Below, one piece after another: positions 12,101-23,336 of a stretch of 64,000 nt of DNA. Origin of the DNA: Azolla caroliniana (lineage: Eukaryota; Plantae; Polypodiophyta); the NCBI GenBank assembly GCA_043228905.1, contig JBHGNT010000016.1, positions 7,068,001 to 7,132,000 on the forward strand. Direction: 5' to 3'. A program made the position numbers and the translations under genes. The notes beneath the pieces were generated by a model. It saw nothing but the letters and a program-made list of their open reading frames with translations, was not told the DNA's origin and made no database searches. The number at the start of each line of letters is the position of its first letter. Position 1 is the stretch's first letter.

Positions 12101-14341
12101 GTGCTGATGTCGGGTGTGATGCGGCTGCTTGTTTGCCATACTGGCAATGCTCGCAGAATTGATGGTCGGAGAAGGAGAGTTTGGGGATGTATCCGGCTCT
12201 AGATAGATGCGTAATGCCGGCCTTGCTGAGGTGTCCTAATCTTCTGTGCCATAGTGATGACACAGGAATATCCACCAAAAACAGGTTACCCTCTCTGAGC
12301 GTAACATGTAACGGATACAGTGAGTGTATCTTGGGTCCTCTAGCAAGCAAGAGGTTCCCCCTGTGGAGTGTCCACCCTCCCGAAGAGAAACCGGCACGAA
12401 TGCCGTCTTCATCTAGTTGTCCGACTGAGATCAATGGCCTTGAGAGCTCGGGTACATGTCGGACATTGTGAAGTACAAGTGTAGAGCCACCTGCAAGGTT
12501 GAGCTCTACTGTGCCGATTCCAATGATGTCACAGTGTTGCGAGTTGCCGACTCGAACTGAGTCGGAGTGACGGATCGTATATTGCCGAAATTGGGATCGA
12601 TGAGGAGTCACGTGAAATGACGCGCCCGAATCTAAGAGCCATGTGCTCGATTCTTCAGTCGTGAGCAGAACTTCTGATCCGACTGGATTTTCGATTGATA
12701 GTATATTCGGGTCGTTTGGTAACACATCAGCTGAGGAGCTGACGTAATTGATCTCCTCATGCCGGCCACTCTTCTTGTCTGATTTCTGAGACTTGTCGTT
12801 CTTGTTCTTGAGTGCGCGGCAGTCGGCTTTGATGTGTCCGGGTTTCTTGCAGTAGTTGCAGATTCGGTTATCCCGTGACTGGCTCCGTCTTCGCTGATTG
12901 TTCGGCGGTCGTGAGGAATCTCTTCCTCGTATGTTCGATCGGTCTGTCGAACCTTGTACTACATAAGCGTCGTCTGTTGAGTCTTTGGCGAAAGACTTTC
13001 TCCGAGCTGCTTCGGTCAGGATTGCGCTCGTGACTTCGGAGTATTTAACAGTCGTGGTTGACGCGTTGCACACAGTTGTGACGAAAGTTTCCCATGATGA
13101 GGGAAGGCTGCTCATGAGTATCATTGCTCTGAGTTCATCCTCGATTGCCGTCCCCTGAGATGAGATTTGGGAGCTTATGCTTTCGTACTCATTGAGATGT
13201 GCTTGAACCGAATCGGATTCTTTCATCCGCAAGTTGTAGAGGCGCCGGATCAGAAACATCTTTGTTGCAGCGACCTTCTTTTCATAGGTGTCCGACAGTG
13301 TTTTCCACAGTTCGAATGCTGTCGTACATGATTGCACCGTAAAGTATACCGATTCCGATAGGTGCATCCGAATCGTGGCGCGGACGATCCTGTCCAGCTT
13401 CTGCCACTCAATTGGTTTGTATCCTTCTGGAGGTTCTTCATTTTCGATGGGATCGATTTGCCCCTTGACTATGAGATAGTCCTGCATTTGCTCCTTCCAG
13501 AAGTTGAAGTTCGATCCATCGAACTTTCGTAGACTCATTTCTGACGAGCCGGATGTGGATGCCATCAAATTTGGTTTCGGTTGACGAAGCTCGGTTCAGA
13601 GTTGACTATGAACCTTGTGGGAGTGCACCCGGTTGGCTCACCCGATATCGTTCTAGTCGGATTTGAACCCGAGTCGGTTCGGCTTCGGATATATGTATTG
13701 TTGAACTTGCTCGAATTGACTCCGGTAACTTGAGGGACAGAACCGACTGGTCTTCCCGAATGTTGCCGAGTCGGAGTGAGGCCGGTTCGCTTCCGAATAT
13801 ATATGCCGAATACCGATTATTGAAACCGATTGTCTGGACCGATTCTGCTTCGGGTGACTGCAGCAACGAGAGAGACGGATCCAACTGATCCTCCCGAATG
13901 TCGATCAGCCGGATGAAGCACGAATTGGGGTTGTTGTCTTGAGACCGATCTGCACCGAGTGGTTACAATGAGCGGCGTTTGATTACCTCTTCGGATGCCG
14001 TTTAACCGGGTGGAGCACGATCGTGTCAATGTTGCGCAAGGGGATTTCACCTCGAGCGGTTACGATCACAAGGAACAGAGTACAACCTGCTGGCTTACTC
14101 CAAGCGAAGATGATCTAACGCGATGAGATGCAAGCCTCGTTTTTCTTCTTCTTCTCTCTTCTTCGAATGACGCAGGAAACCGAATGCTGTGCAGGCTGAG
14201 ACGACGGCCGACAGCGAGTTGAAGGACCGAATACTGTGCAGGCTCTGATACCAGATGTTGGAGACAAGGCCGTGTCGATGCGGAAGATCAAGAAGCATTC
14301 GATTCTGTTTTGTACCTGCGTATGACAGTTTCTAGGTCGTT

Positions 14342-14375
<34 letters not shown>

Positions 14376-14545
14376 ACAAAAGACTTTCTATTCAATAGAA
14401 ACAATAATACAACACCCAACCTTACAAAGAGGTTATAAGGTCACTATATATAGTGACCGACTTAGGGCAACTCCCATTTATGCTAATTACACAAATGGCC
14501 CAAAGGGATAGTGTGAATACGTCCATTATACACTTGTATTCGACA
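9048..14545 (-). mobile_element. Ty1/copia LTR retrotransposon B, full length and apparently intact (5498 bp)
   Basis: LTRs 9048-9341 and 14256-14545; TSD CATGT (9043-9047, 14546-14550); PBS 14242-14253; PPT next to 9342; single long ORF. Confidence 0.97.
9534..13565 (-). CDS. Copia B gag-pol polyprotein (~1343 aa)
   Basis: Uninterrupted ORF: CNYCKKPGHIKADC, WLLDSGAS, WHRRLGH, VHSDVCGP, IYVDDML, YTDSD, TEAEY. Confidence 0.96.
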   Translation of the reverse strand: MASTSGSSEMSLRKFDGSNFNFWKEQMQDYLIVKGQIDPIENEEPPEGYKPIEWQKLDRIVRATIRMHLSESVYFTVQSCTTAFELWKTLSDTYEKKVAATKMFLIRRLYNLRMKESDSVQAHLNEYESISSQISSQGTAIEDELRAMILMSSLPSSWETFVTTVCNASTTTVKYSEVTSAILTEAARRKSFAKDSTDDAYVVQGSTDRSNIRGRDSSRPPNNQRRRSQSRDNRICNYCKKPGHIKADCRALKNKNDKSQKSDKKSGRHEEINYVSSSADVLPNDPNILSIENPVGSEVLLTTEESSTWLLDSGASFHVTPHRSQFRQYTIRHSDSVRVGNSQHCDIIGIGTVELNLAGGSTLVLHNVRHVPELSRPLISVGQLDEDGIRAGFSSGGWTLHRGNLLLARGPKIHSLYPLHVTLREGNLFLVDIPVSSLWHRRLGHLSKAGITHLSRAGYIPKLSFSDHQFCEHCQYGKQAAASHPTSAPRETRPLDLVHSDVCGPMPHQSLGGASYFVTFIDDSTRKVWAYPIRTKDRVFSIFTDWLAMVENQTDRKLKCFRTDNGGEFKSEEFVKFCRQRGIRREFTAPHSPEQNGIAERMNRTIQERIVSMLQHSGLSDGFWAEALLTAVHIINMSPSRPLGLQIPQELWIGSKPNYDKLRIFGCEAYALIPKDDRRKLAPQSRKCIFLGYGSDGEMGYRLWDPERRQIVRSSDVVFNESAMNPSVEKPIEVRRVTFSDVPTLQEGPALNTRSASRVAEPYTTDSDNSDSAQQNNPLSDHPTSIPDATRPIIPRRSERLSQPPERYSPGIFFTDAGEPTSYEEASTSVDSATWHLAMESEMHSIRANKTWDLVELPRNRRALPCKWVYRLKETSDSTTPKYKARLVAKGFRQEYGVDFDEIFSPVVKMTTLRFLLGVVAADNLELIQLDVKTAFLHGDLNEEIYMEQPKGFVATGQEHLVCRLRKSLYGLKQAPRQWYKKFDDFIQSIGFSKSDEDHCLFTNTAQDGSPIFLIIYVDDMLISGRHAGELADLIRQLRLKFAMKDLGPARHILGMKISRHRDKRHLFLSQTDYIRRVLERFNMQSAKSASTPLPMNLRLSQRDCPTSGPEGEDMKAVPYAPAVGSLMYLMVATRPDISHAVGVVSRFMHNPGRSHWNAVKHVFRYLAGTKDHGILFGPNRTSGVVGYTDSDFTGCIDSRKSTTGYCFKFDNGAISWKSKLQECTATSTTEAEYVAASDAAKEALWLGRLAHTFRQVDHDSTPVVYSDSQGVVALSRNPVHHNASKHIDVRYHFVRDCVISGKIGLKKISTTDNVADGMTKCLSADRFRSLRHQMGVTTNQSG

Positions 14546-17500
14546 CATGTCATCCACGTACAGGAGGAGTATCAGGAAGTCCCCTCCTTCGAACTTCTTC
14601 ACAAACACGCAGTGATCGGCCTGCGTCTTGTGGTACCCTTGATCGGTCATGAAGGAGTCGAACTTCCGATACCATTGCCAGGGAGCCTGCTTCAGTCCGT
14701 ACAGGCTCTTCTTCAACCGGCATACCAGGTGCTCCTTCCCTTTCTCCACAAATCCTTCCGGTTGCTGCATGTAGATCTCCTCTTCGAGGTCGCCGTGAAG
14801 GAATGTTGTCTTCACGTCCAGCTGCTCTACCTCGAGATCCATGCTTGCTGCTATACTCAGCACCGTCCGGATGGAGGTCATCTTTACTACCGGGGCGAAT
14901 ATTTCGTCGAAGTCCACGCCCTTCTTCTGCTGGAACCCCTTCACCACGATCCTGGCTTTGTATCTCGGGGGGTTGCCGGCATCTCCCGGTTTCAACTTGA
15001 ACACCCACTTGTTTCGGAGTGCCCGCTTTTCTTTCGGCAGCTCCACCAATTCGTACGTATGGTTCTCATGCAGGGAATCCATCTCATCCTGCATGGCACT
15101 TAACCATTTTCGGTTGTGGGTGTCTTCCTTCGCTTCTTCGAAGCTTTCCGGCTCCCCCTCATCGGTTAGCAGGACATGCTCTGCATCCGGAAATCTCCGG
15201 GGCGCCCTTTTCTCTCTGAGAGGATATCTACGTCTTCGGGCTTCGGTAATCGGTTCCTCCATTTGCTCTTCATCCGAATCCGATTCGGGGTCTTGACCGG
15301 TTCCGGTCTCAGCTTCCTCTACTTCTTCTTCTGCCGGTTCGGTATCCTCACCGTAACCGGCTGGTTCCTCGAGTGCTAACCGGTCTCTTGCCGGTTGGGT
15401 CTGCTCATTGTAGAGTCTATCCTTACCGGTCGACTCGGAGTTCACTATCTTCTTCTCCGACTCCCAGTCGGCGAGCGTCTTGTCCTCCATGAAGATAATA
15501 TCTCGACTCCGGAATACCTTCTTGTCGACCGGGTCCCACACTCGGTAGCCGAACTCGTCGTCACCGTAACCGAGGAATATGCATGGCCGGGTCTTTGGAT
15601 CTAGCTTTCCTCTCCGGTCCTTTGCTACATGCACGTACGCGAGACACCCGAACACCCTTAGATGCCGGTAGGACACTTCCTTACCGGTCCATACTCTCTG
15701 TGGCGTGTCTCCGTCCAGGGGCACTGAGGGTGATCTGTTTATCACATATGTCGCCGTCGACAGTGCCTCAGCCCAAAACTTCTTGGGTAGTTTTGCATAC
15801 GCTAGCATACTCCGAACCCTCTCCATTATGGTCCGGTTCATCCTCTCGGCCAGTCCGTTTAGCTCCGGCGTCTTCGGCACGGTAAATTCGAGCCGGATTC
15901 CCTTCGAGCGGCAGTACTCCTCGAACTGCCCCCGGTACTCACCTCCGTTATCTGCTCGAACCGCCTTCAGCTTCCGGCCGGTTTCTCTTTCCACTCTCGC
16001 GTGGAGCTCTTTGAAGACGGATAACACCTGATCCTTCGTCTTCAGCGGCGTGGCCCACAACTTCCGGCTGTGATCATCTATGAACGTCACGAAGTACTGC
16101 GCTCCGGCATGTGACTTCGTGTCTACTTGACAAACATCCGTATGCACCAACTCCAGTGGTGCATTACGTCTCATCGGTGGCCTTGGTCGGAAGGAGGTCC
16201 GGTTCTGCTTACCGGCCAGACAATCAGTGCACTTCTCTAAGTGCACGTTCTTCACTGGAATGAGGTTGTCGTCTCCAAGCCTCTTCATCCCCTTCTCACT
16301 CATGTGACATAGCCTCTTGTGCCACAGCTCACCGGCAGTGTCGGAAGCCACGTTCACTTCTTCCGGACATAACCGGGCATTCATCAGGTACAGTGTGTTT
16401 ACCTTCCGGGCCCGAGCCACAATCAGGCTCCCTTTGCTGAACTTCATGACACCGTTCCAGATGCTACCCGTGTAGCCTTCATCATCTAGCCGACCGGCTG
16501 ATATCAGGTTCAGACGAACTTCCGGAACGTGTCGGACATCTTTCAACAGCAACTTACATCTGGTTGGTGTTGTCAGCCACACGTCTCCTATGCCGACAAT
16601 TCGGCATGTTCCTTCATTCCCCATCCGGACACAGCCGTGATCACCGGCTGAGTAGGATGAGAAGCATTTCCGGTCCGGGGTAAGGTGGAACGACGCTCCG
16701 GAGTCTACCACCCAGGTCATCTCATCGCCGGCATGGTTTATCTCACTCTCCTCGGTGATGAGCATCAACTCCTCTTCACTTGCCGCAATTGCCGTCGTTC
16801 CCTTCCGGTCCGGACCCCTCCGGTCTTTACCGTTCCGATCTGTACCGTTTCGGTTCGGGGTTTGCTTCGAATCGGTACCGTCGGTTTCCTTGTCTTTACG
16901 GAAGTGCCGACAGTTCTTTTGGAAGTGTCCCGGCTTGCCGCAATAGAAGCAAGTCGGCCTCCCCCTTGACTTTGATCGTGTCCCCGACTTCTCCCGGTTC
17001 TGGGGACTACGGTTTCTATGTCTTCCGCGTTCCGATTCGGTAAGGAGCGCTTTGGAGTCGAAGCTCGTATCTTTGTCTTTCCGACGAGCCTCCTCATCTA
17101 GCAAGCTCGATTTTACTCTTGCTAGGGATAGCCGTTTTCCTTCCGGCCCGGCGTTGCCCAAAGTAACAACTAACGTCTCCCAGCTATCCGGGAGGGAACC
17201 GAGCAGGAGTAGCGCTAGGACCTCATCGGCAAGAGGTACTTCCAATGACGTTGCCTGGTGAATCAGCCCCTGGAAGGCATTCATATGCTCCGCCATGCTG
17301 GAGCCATCTTGGTACCGGAGTCTTACAAGCTTCCGGAATATCGACGCCTGATTGACAACATTTTTGTTCTGGAACATCATGCCGATCTTCTCCCAGAGCT
17401 CATGAGCCTTGCTCTCTTCATTGAAGTTGTTGTACAGGCTCATGTCGATGAAGCACCGTATGTACGCCGTTGTCTTCATGTGCATCACCTCCCATATCGC

Positions 17501-17644
17501 GGCGTCGATTTTGTCTGGTCTCTTGTCCCCGAACTGAACCGGCAGCCAGAGGTCTTTAACCACGAGCATGTCCCTCATCTTCGACTTCCACACTGAATAG
17601 TTGGAGCCGGTGAGCTTGAACATGCCGCCAAACGATTCGTCCAT
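14546..17644 (-). CDS. Copia A gag-pol, N-terminal part (gag with CCHC knuckle, protease DSGA, integrase, RT up to YVDDM)
   Basis: Open frame from ATG 17644; CFYCGKPGHFQKNC, WVVDSGAS, WHKRLCH, VHTDVC, LYVDDM. Confidence 0.93.
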
Positions 17645-17674
17645 TTTCTGTGTCGATTTTGCTCTGATACCACT

Positions 17675-18310
17675 TGTTGAGAACTCAACGTTCCTTATGT
17701 CCAACGCTCGGCCACAACCGAGATTCTTTACATACACAGAAAAACAGGTAACGAAACGCGATACAAAAGAGGAGAAATGGTACACAGGAGGTATACGTGG
17801 AAAACCCCAAAATAGGGGAAAAAACCACGGCAGCCCACAAGCTGCAAACTGTCACTATGCAGAAATATACAACAGTGAGATCACTGAGGCAACGACCTCG
17901 TGTTCTCAGATCTTTGCCACAGGCGGCGGTTACAACAGAGGCAACGACCTCGTCTCTCTCTCTCTTTCTCTCTCTCTCTGTACAGTTACGCGCTCTAATT
18001 TCTCCTTGCACCAACAAGAAGGAATAACAACAAGAATGACAACACTACTAAAAAAATTGCCCTAAGTCATATTTATACTAATATGACTTTTCGGCTATTT
18101 ACAAATGTAGCCTCGATGGGCTCCATCCGACTCTCTGCAGTCGGGTACTCCTCATCCGGTTCATACCGGGCCTACACCATCCGACTCTCCGAAGTCGGGT
18201 TCTCCCCATCCGGTTCATACCGTTTCGGCCTCGGCCTGTCGGCTTCGGCCGAGTTTGTTCGTCGGCACTGTTCTTCTCCCTTCCCATCCGGAGGGACCTG
18301 TCTTCCAACA
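17675..18310 (-). repeat. 5' LTR of copia A (636 bp)
   Basis: TG..CA ends; adjacent to the tRNA-iMet PBS. Confidence 0.95.
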
Positions 18311-21300
18311 GAGTTGACGGCCTTCCCAAAGCCTTCTTTGTGGAATTTTGGGAGCATATTTTTCCTAGTTTGGAAGCTGGATTCCAGGAAATGTGGAGAA
18401 CGGGAAGGATGCCGAGCAACTTCAATGAGGGACTGATATACCTGATTCCTAAATCGGAGAAGGTGTCGCACGAGATTAGACAGTGGAGGCCCATCATCAT
18501 TTTAAATCTCATTTATAAAAAATTTGCTAACATACTAGTGTAGAGAGTCAAGCCCTTTCTAGGAGATATCATCCAAACCAATCAAACTGGTTTCTTGGAG
18601 CATCGATCTATTATGGACAATGTGATATTTTTTTGGGAGGCTATTGCGACAGCAAGGGAGACCAAGCAAAACATAGCTTGTCTGATGCTTGACTTCGAGA
18701 AAGCCTATGATCGAGTGCAATGGTATTTCCTTGAAGAAGTGATGAAGGTGATTGAGCTACCATGGGAATAGAGGTGTGTTGCTCAAGCCTTATATAAGAA
18801 TGGCTCAAGTAAGGTGTTGATTGCAAGGAAGAAAGGAACTAGAATCTCTCTAACTAGATCCATCAGGCAAGGTTGTCCCCCGGTTGTCCTCTCGCCCCCT
18901 TTCTATTCCTCTTTATTTCTGAAGCAATGTCTGCCTTTTTGAATAGTCAGCGGCAAATTTACACGAACTTTCAATTCCTAACACAAGGCAATCCTTGCTC
19001 GACTCGATGCTATACCTCCAAGGTAATGAAGCGAATTTGGGGAGGACACAAATTGCTATCGATCTCTTTTGCAAAGCATCAGGAGCCGTCATCAATTGGA
19101 ATAAGTCCAAGGGTTTTTGGATTAGCTCAGAGGCCAAGCTGGTATGGAAACCAAATGTTGATTTCAGATGGATTGCAAAAGGGGAAGGCACCAGATATTT
19201 GGGAATGTGGATTGGTGTAGATATCGATAAACGAATACAGTTGGAACAAATTCAAAGCAAAATTTGCAACAAAATCCGTATCTGGTCAGGGATGAATTTA
19301 TCATTAGCTGGCAGGATCATAGTAGCTACCATGTGCTCTTGTCTACTATGTGGCATGGAGTCTCAGTGTGGATGTTTGACAAGCATGCTAGTCGTATTGT
19401 TAAAGCATGTATCAGGGGCTTTCTATGGGCCGGGAATAGGAAAGACAATGCAGCAGCTAAAGTATCATGGTCTACGTTGATTCTTCCCAAAAGTGGTATG
19501 TAAGGTGTTGGGCTTGCTGCCCGGAAATGAGTTATGGAAAACATTTATTTTTAATAGGAGCATCCTTTGGAGTCCACGACTTGGTGGACATTGGAAGCCA
19601 CATAAATCATGGCTATTTTGTATGGGCTTAAAGCTTAGGAGGTCTAATCGGTTGGCTAATCGCACATGTATGTCAATGATGAAGGCGTGGGATATGCTCC
19701 GTGGGCATCTTAGCCGTATAGGTCCAAGTACAAATGTTGAATGGATGCACCAACCCCTATTGTGGAACGAGACCTTAAAGTCGAACGAGGGGAAGATGCT
19801 TGGCTAGAGCAAGGGTATCCGTGGACTATATTGCATGATGTTGGGATTCAGTCAATGGTAAATTTGGTGCAGTTGTCCCCTAATAATCAGGATAAATTAT
19901 ATGAAGATGTAAGAAAGTTCAGAAATGGTAGGAGGATGCTTGACCTAGTCGATAAAGTTGTTTACTCTGTTCCTATTAGTAATGGGGAAGAGGGTGAATG
20001 GTTCGGACAATATGATGATGCCGGAAAAGTTATCAATGCCAAGGGTATAGGAAAGAATGGGAAGATCATCCAATTGGGATATGTAGTTGCAGGTGCTCGT
20101 TCATCCCCGATTGGAATTGTGGCACAAGACGGTAAGAAATGGAAGCCATCGGTCGATGAGGATTGGATCTTGTATGTAGTTGAAGGCAAGCCACTCGAGT
20201 GTTTAGAATGGGATCCTGCAGAATATACATGGAGGGACGAACAAGGTAAATCACATGGTTCTTTGACTACTCAACTCGCTTGGGAGACATTTATGCTTGC
20301 ATCGTGAGAAGTGTGTCAACAAATGGACCCATGTAGCTGTCGATTCAGTCTTTGGGATAAAACCAGGAGCGGGATATGGAACTCATCCCTCCCCGAGAGG
20401 GTCAAGGTGTTTTTTTGGCTAATCACCCATGGGGTTGTTCCAACCGGAGAGTGGTTGGGGAAAAGGGGTGGCATGAGTAATTGCAAGGCCTGTGGAGCAA
20501 GTTTGGAGGACATCACCATTGTTTATGGAGTTGCCCGCGAGCCCAAGAAGTTTGGACGAGGAGCTTAAGAATTCTGGCTCGATGCGGGGTTGAAGTTCAG
20601 GTATCAAGTGCAACAGTTGTTTGGTTAGCTACTGAATCGGCTGCATGGTTTCATGGGTGGAATGGAAATAGCCCTTCTTTAAAGGTGGTGAATGGAACAG
20701 TTCAACTTGCGGTTCAAGGAGATTCATTCTACATACAGGAACGATACATAGATGTTTGGTTTTTAGTGGTTGGCCTTACTGTTGGGCAAGTGTGGGTATC
20801 TAGGTGCAAGGAGTCGTTTACCAGGAAACGAACCCCATCGGCTGAGAGTTTAATGACGTTTTGGTTTAAGCTGATTTCTACGCTACAAGTAAAGTTTGAC
20901 AGCCTTCAGGGGCCCTCTAATGCGAGTGAAGAAGCTAGATATCGTTTCCTTCTTAAATGGAGAGGTTCTCTGATGTTACAGATGGTGGATGGCAATGCAA
21001 AGTGGATTTATTAGCCACCCCGGTGGCTGTTTCCTCCTAGGGTACCAAACATAGAGGTAGGTGCTGAATTGTGAAGAGATTGGAGGGTGTCTTTGTTGAA
21101 TGTGGATTGTGTGAGGCTCATGTTGAGGGGAGTCTGTCGAGTAATTCTGTGACGAGGATTTGTTGCTTCATTTATACATGATGTTTTCTTGTAGCCATTG
21201 CAAAGTGGCTTGTAACATATGAGTTATATACTATCCTATGTACATTTTCTTAACTAATGGAAGTATATTTTTTTTGGAAAAGAAGAAGAAAAAGAACTTA

Positions 21301-23336
21301 GATGTGTCCAAAAGAAGGTGGGCACATCTAGGATTACTTGAAAAGCACCTCAACTTAATTATACGAACCCAAATATGAAAGTGATTTGTCTCCAAATTCC
21401 TAGATCCAAGCATCATACACCTATTTTCAAATTGGTTTAAAAGTAGCATTTTAAGCGCATCACCTCTAATTGGTTTAGTATAACCCTTTTTGAGTGCATC
21501 ACCTCTAAAGAGGTGAACTATTGCTTCGTGGTCTTAAAGCTAAATAAGCCTATGTCGAGCAAATTAGACATTTTTGTTCAAATAGTGGAGTTTTGTTCCA
21601 CAAGTTTTTATGGTGATGTTCGTTTATAAAATACATTTTAGAATGCATCACACGATGTTGAGACATTCTAGATCTTAATCATGTACTTCAGTAAGGTTTT
21701 CACTTGATTAGGACCTTTAACTCCAATAAAGCATATTTAGCCAAAATTGAAAGCAACCAAGTATACTTTATTAATTTCTTAAACATATAACTTATAAGTA
21801 TAAGACAATAACTTCCCGTTCACGCACCTTAGCTTTTACCTAGGCATTGTGCAAGCACAACCAAGAGACAAAAAGATGGATTTCCCCATCACATTCGCTA
21901 GCCATAAACTTAACCTAGCGGAATAAATTTATATAGCATTGAAATGGAAGCTTTTCTAAAAAAGGAATATCCTTCTATTAGTTAAGAAAGGTCAAATAAG
22001 CTACAAACGCATAACTTAGATGGAATGGCAACCAAAAGACTTGTAAAGCCATCATGTGAAAGTCAATGACTAGCAATCAAGCTCACAAGATAACTCGATA
22101 TATTCAACAAGGGGAGAGATTTTCCATATCATCCTAAAATATTTTATCTAAAACTAGAATACAACTCCAAAGCTTCTGAAAATCACATAGTACTGGCAAC
22201 CACCGAATGTTGTTGTTTGGCATGGTCCCCATACGTCTGAATGTATTACATCCAGGGTTCCTTTGCTCACGTTCCTCTCCTTTGGGAACTGTTGTCGGAG
22301 TTGTTTACTGAATTGGTAGGTTTCACATATGCCTGTAATGTCCTTCTCGGTAAAGGTGGGGAATCCGATGACGACTCCTTTCGACTTCATTCCTTTGAGC
22401 TTCTAGAGATTGATGTGGTTGATTCTTTTGTGCCACAGCTTTATGCTCGTGTTAACATTATGGCCCTTGGCAAACATTGCCCAATTTCATCTCATGAGAG
22501 TCGAGGATGAACATCTGACCTTCTCTTCAACCACAAGCGATAATTCGGCCTTCCTTTTCTATTAAGCATCCTTAGTCATTGAACTGAACTTGCATGCCAT
22601 GTTCCACAATCTGGCTGATATAGACCAGATTCTTCGTTATTGTTGGAACATGCAAGACGTTCTTGATGTAGGTCTGGTTGCCTATTCGCCGAATGGGACA
22701 TTATCGATATGTTGAATGGAGTGAATTGTGTCATCCCCAGTTTCCACATAGTCAGGTATTCAAGATTTCGTATACCTCGGAATCAATCTTTATGAGATAC
22801 GTCATGTGATTAGATGCACTGAGTCGACAAACCATACATCTTCTGAGTTGGAGGTGTTGGTCGGGTTGGAGGCCGACATTGAGTTCGCTTTGTGCATCAT
22901 TACAAACATTCCGCCCCAATCGTCGTAATCGGAGTTGGAGGCGTAGTTAGTGAGTTGTCGGCTTATGAAGGTCGACTCACTCTTCTTTTTGCGACACTCT
23001 CCCTCGTAGTGGCCAAATTTGCCACAATATCCACACTGGATGGAATTATTTTGTCGGCTTGGTTCAACATGACTGCTCTGCCCTCTTCCAAATTGCTCCT
23101 CCTTGTGAGTTTTCAACATCTTGCCGGTAGAAGAAGTTGTGCTCATGGGACTGCCTTTGCTTGTTTCGACCTCGGCTTGATTGACCCCTTCTTCCATGGC
23201 CTTACCCTCTTCCTCCATCCAAACTCGTGTAGAGCATTTGTCCGTATGATTCGTTGCCTCTTTTTCAGGCATCGTTTTCTTCGACTAGTAGCATCAACTC
23301 GAGATTGAAGAAGGAGGGAGGATTCACCCTCGTGAG

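Larger units (their letters stand above)
7430..18310 (-). mobile_element. Ty1/copia LTR retrotransposon A (Tork/Tnt1-like), interrupted by element B
   Basis: LTRs 7430-8069 and 17675-18310; TSD GAGTT (7425-7429, 18311-18315); PBS 17661-17672; PPT 8070-8082; domain order gag-PR-INT-RT-RH. Confidence 0.97.
4801..21292 (+). mobile_element. 5'-truncated, decayed L1-clade LINE interrupted by nested copia elements
   Basis: ORF1 zinc knuckle CFACKEMGHMAKHC; APE endonuclease (NVQGL, LLQEHH, NVYAPN, GDFN) 6041-6646; RT motif CPGV|DGL split by the copia at 7430/18310, then WRPIIILN, LDFEKAYD, GCPLAP; zf-RVT ~20400-20560; GAA-rich tail; 16-bp TSD AGAACTTAGATGTGTC at 4785-4800 and 21293-21308. Confidence 0.93.

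Noticed and set aside
7842-17600. Many antisense ORFs over the copia elements
   Set aside because: Expected shadows of GC-rich coding sequence; no recognisable domains
17645-17785. N-terminal extension of the 1100-aa copia A ORF
   Set aside because: It runs through the LTR and PBS; the likely start is ATG 17644
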